Below are positions 36,595-38,934 of a stretch of 38,934 nt of DNA, in pieces. Where the stretch lies: IMG/VR virus record IMGVR_UViG_3300020044_003031, positions 1 to 38,934 of that record, one strand, 5' to 3'. Below the pieces are notes generated by a model, which was given only the letters and a program-made list of their open reading frames with translations, searched no databases and was not told the DNA's origin. Position 1 is the stretch's first letter; every line of letters starts with the position of its first letter. A program made the translations under genes and the position numbers. The DNA is from a virus. Taxonomy: Duplodnaviria > Caudoviricetes.

Positions 36595-38197
36595 AACTCC
36601 TTGCCATTGTGATGATTGCGTTTGTAGATAGTATTGTTACAGCTACGCTGACAGCGTTTTGAAGCGCACTTCTAGTAACTTTCAACGGGTCAATGACACC
36701 CATCTTTATCAAATCACCCATCTCACCGGTCTTCAGATTGTAGCCATGACCGTCAGGAGTACCCCCATTGTAGATGTTTGTAACACACAGCCCTGCATTC
36801 TCAAGTATCTGCGTCAACGGAGCCTGTATAGCGTCCTGAATTATCTTCACAGCAGCCTTCTGCTCATCACTTGTTGTCTCACCAACTAGCTCGTTAATGT
36901 CTATCTCAGCTAAAGCCTTGCCTGCACCGGGAAGGATACCCTCCTCAAGTGCCGACCTTACCGCACACACCGCATCGTCAACCCTGTCGTACAGCTCTTT
37001 TTGCTCTAGGTCAGTATTGCCTCCAACAAAAATCACTCCTATACCACCTGTCAATGACGCTATCCTCTCCAACAAAAAGTCCTTATCACCCTTTCTTGTC
37101 GCCTCCTTGTGCGCACTCCACAACTGCTTAACCCTCTCGTCAACCTCGTCCTGCTTAACCCTAGTCGCAGACTTTATGATAACAGTCTTGTCGCTGCTCA
37201 CAATAATCTTCGAGGCATGACCCAAGTTCCCATAGTTGATATGGCTCAAATCATCCCCTGTTTTCTCGCTGAAATAGGTTGCCCCTACGCTCAAAGCGAT
37301 ATCTTGCATCAGCTCATGCTGTTTATAGCCGAAATTAGGCGGTGGAACAGCACAGACCTTAAGATTACCCTTCATGACATTTGCTGCCAAGGTATTGACT
37401 ACATTCGCGTTACAGGGGGATATAATCAAAAGCTTCTTGCCCTCAGAAATAATTGGCTTCAAAACATTCTCCAACTGAAGGATGTTCGCTATCTCAATGT
37501 CAGCCACCAACACCATCACATCCTCAAACACACACTCGTCTCTCTTTTGGTCGTTGATAAACAGCGGACTCAAATAGCCCCTGTCAAACTTCAACCCCAT
37601 AGTCGTCTCCGCATACGTCTCAGACGTCTGACTCCTCTCAACCGTAACTATCCCATTCTTACCAACCTGCTTATACACGTCAGCTATAATCTTGCCCGTC
37701 TCCCTGTCATTGTTCGCCGACAAACTCGCCACGTCCACCAACATACTAGTCGTAACCTTCTTCGCCTTACCCCTCAACTTCTCCACCACCCTTCCCGATA
37801 TGTCCACCATACTTCTCAACACCTCCGTCCGGTTATAACCATCCTTCATGTGCTGCTCTGCCGCCAACACCAATGCCTCCGTTAACACAATAGCCGTAGT
37901 CGTACCATCACCGGCACTCGTAGCAGTCCTGTCCGCAGCCTCCTTCATCATCCTGACAGCCAAATTCTCTATCGGGTCTATCAAGTCGACAGCCTTCGCA
38001 ACAGTAACACCATCCTTGGTAACGGTAATCCCATGAGTGTGATGGGGAGATTCAATCAATACAGTATTTCCACTCGGTCCCAATGTGCTCTTAACAGCAC
38101 GAGACATCTTCATAACACCATCTATCAACTTCCTTCTGCCTAAACCACCAAACTGCAAGTCCTTAGGCAAATAACTCGTGTTAGTCTTAAAGTCCAT
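36575..38197 (-). CDS. groEL: Phage-encoded chaperonin GroEL
   Basis: TLGPSG, VTKDGVTVAK, AGDGTTTA, FDRGYLSP, VIDPLKVTRSALQNAVS; no GGM tail. Confidence 0.95.
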   Translation of the reverse strand: MDFKTNTSYLPKDLQFGGLGRRKLIDGVMKMSRAVKSTLGPSGNTVLIESPHHTHGITVTKDGVTVAKAVDLIDPIENLAVRMMKEAADRTATSAGDGTTTAIVLTEALVLAAEQHMKDGYNRTEVLRSMVDISGRVVEKLRGKAKKVTTSMLVDVASLSANNDRETGKIIADVYKQVGKNGIVTVERSQTSETYAETTMGLKFDRGYLSPLFINDQKRDECVFEDVMVLVADIEIANILQLENVLKPIISEGKKLLIISPCNANVVNTLAANVMKGNLKVCAVPPPNFGYKQHELMQDIALSVGATYFSEKTGDDLSHINYGNLGHASKIIVSSDKTVIIKSATRVKQDEVDERVKQLWSAHKEATRKGDKDFLLERIASLTGGIGVIFVGGNTDLEQKELYDRVDDAVCAVRSALEEGILPGAGKALAEIDINELVGETTSDEQKAAVKIIQDAIQAPLTQILENAGLCVTNIYNGGTPDGHGYNLKTGEMGDLIKMGVIDPLKVTRSALQNAVSVAVTILSTNAIITMARSYESDIK

Positions 38198-38219
38198 TTC
38201 ATTAGATTTGATTAGAACA

Positions 38220-38249
38220 CAAAGATAATACGAAATGTCGGAATGTCAA
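38220..38249 (-). promoter_or_regulatory. groEL promoter TTG-N19-TATCTTTG
   Basis: -7 element at 38220-38227 and TTG at 38247-38249 fit the Flavobacterium-type consensus. Confidence 0.6.
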
Positions 38250-38403
38250 TTTTATTTTTCCCTACTCTCTCTATATATTTCCCCCTTTATATAATATTTT
38301 TCTGACTACAGAACCTTTTTAAAATTGACATTTTCGACATAACTATTAATAATCAATTAGTTATATTCTTTAAACCGACATAAAAACGACATAAATAATG
38401 TCG
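38235..38403. repeat. Cluster of seven YGACAT/ATGTCR boxes with a long inverted repeat and an IHF-like site
   Basis: Boxes at 38235, 38243, 38326, 38335, 38376, 38387, 38398; AATCAATTAGTTA at 38351-38363. Confidence 0.75.
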
Positions 38404-38422
38404 AAATAGAAAATTAACGACG

Positions 38423-38454
38423 AAAAAAAGGGGGGCAACTAAAAAGAAGCCCCC
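38423..38454 (-). terminator. Intrinsic terminator
   Basis: GGGGGC/GCCCCC stem followed by T7. Confidence 0.65.
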
Positions 38455-38477
38455 GACTATTACAAAAAACAATGCGG

Positions 38478-38714
38478 TTAATACCCGCAGCCACCACTAT
38501 GGTCTTTCATTTTACTCATCTCGTTACCCATCGAGATGGCTTCAGAGTACGTAGAAATCTTCTCCATACGTCTCATTGACTTCTTAACCTCAACCGCCTC
38601 CTGAATACCCGTACGGCTATCCATGCGATTGTTAATTAACATCCCATCCTTCACATTCAATCCATAACCCGAACCCTTCTGCTGATAAATGCTGTTGCTC
38701 AAATTAACTTTCAT
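38478..38714 (-). CDS. Hypothetical protein, monocistronic
   Basis: 78 aa, flanked by a promoter element and a terminator. Confidence 0.7.
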   Translation of the reverse strand: MKVNLSNSIYQQKGSGYGLNVKDGMLINNRMDSRTGIQEAVEVKKSMRRMEKISTYSEAISMGNEMSKMKDHSGGCGY

Positions 38715-38739
38715 AAACTTAAATTTAAATTGTTAGATA

Positions 38740-38747
38740 CAAATGTA
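38740..38747 (-). promoter_or_regulatory. -7 promoter element TACATTTG
   Basis: TAnnTTTG 25 nt upstream of the ATG at 38714. Confidence 0.55.
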
Positions 38748-38934
38748 ACCAAAAAAAGAATACGAGATATCTGTAGAGTTGGGGCTATACCCCCATTTGG
38801 CGCTGCGGACCGGGATAGGAAAGTGATCATTTTTTTCGGGGGTGGGGTATGCGTTTCCGTTAGCCCCTTCGGATTTTTTGGCGATTTCCCATGATCATAC
38901 TGCGGACAGGACTGCTACGAGTGCCGGTGATGGT

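Noticed and set aside
37109-37885. 258-aa plus-strand ORF
   Set aside because: Antisense shadow of groEL; such shadows are common for chaperone genes; no promoter or protein-like features
38235-38403. Repeats as a CRISPR array or CIRCE element
   Set aside because: Units are 6 bp in both orientations without regular spacers; no TTAGCACTC-N9-GAGTGCTAA
1-38934. tRNA, rRNA, integrase or transposase
   Set aside because: None recognised; intergenic gaps are short and lack cloverleaf signatures

Overview
Almost the whole window (about 2.0-38.9 kb) is the morphogenesis arm of a tailed dsDNA phage, encoded on the minus strand. It resembles crAss-like/Bacteroidota (Flavobacteria) podoviruses. In transcription order it carries: groEL; four small accessory genes (including an Acb2/Tad1-like gene and a RyR-domain gene); groES; a lone plus-strand wHTH regulator; a run of tiny basic ORFs; a spike-base-like protein; a lysis module with an M15 peptidase; a ferritin-like protein; tail fibres; a tandem di-GroES protein; a 2OG-Fe(II) oxygenase; TerS; TerL; portal; scaffold; major capsid protein; tail ring proteins; an apparently split tail stabilisation/muzzle protein; a GNAT protein; and internal-virion proteins. 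TAnnTTTG promoters and SD-less A-rich leaders point to a Bacteroidota host. Bases 1 to about 2000 look like different DNA: small acidic paralogous ORFs, most with canonical Shine-Dalgarno sites. They join at the point where the large virion protein ends abruptly, which suggests a chimera or recombination junction. The best leads are a three-component phage chaperonin set (GroEL + GroES + Cpn20-like tandem GroES), a putative nucleotide-signal anti-defence cassette nested between groEL and groES, and an iteron/IHF-like element upstream of groEL. All family calls come from motif recognition by eye; no searches were run.
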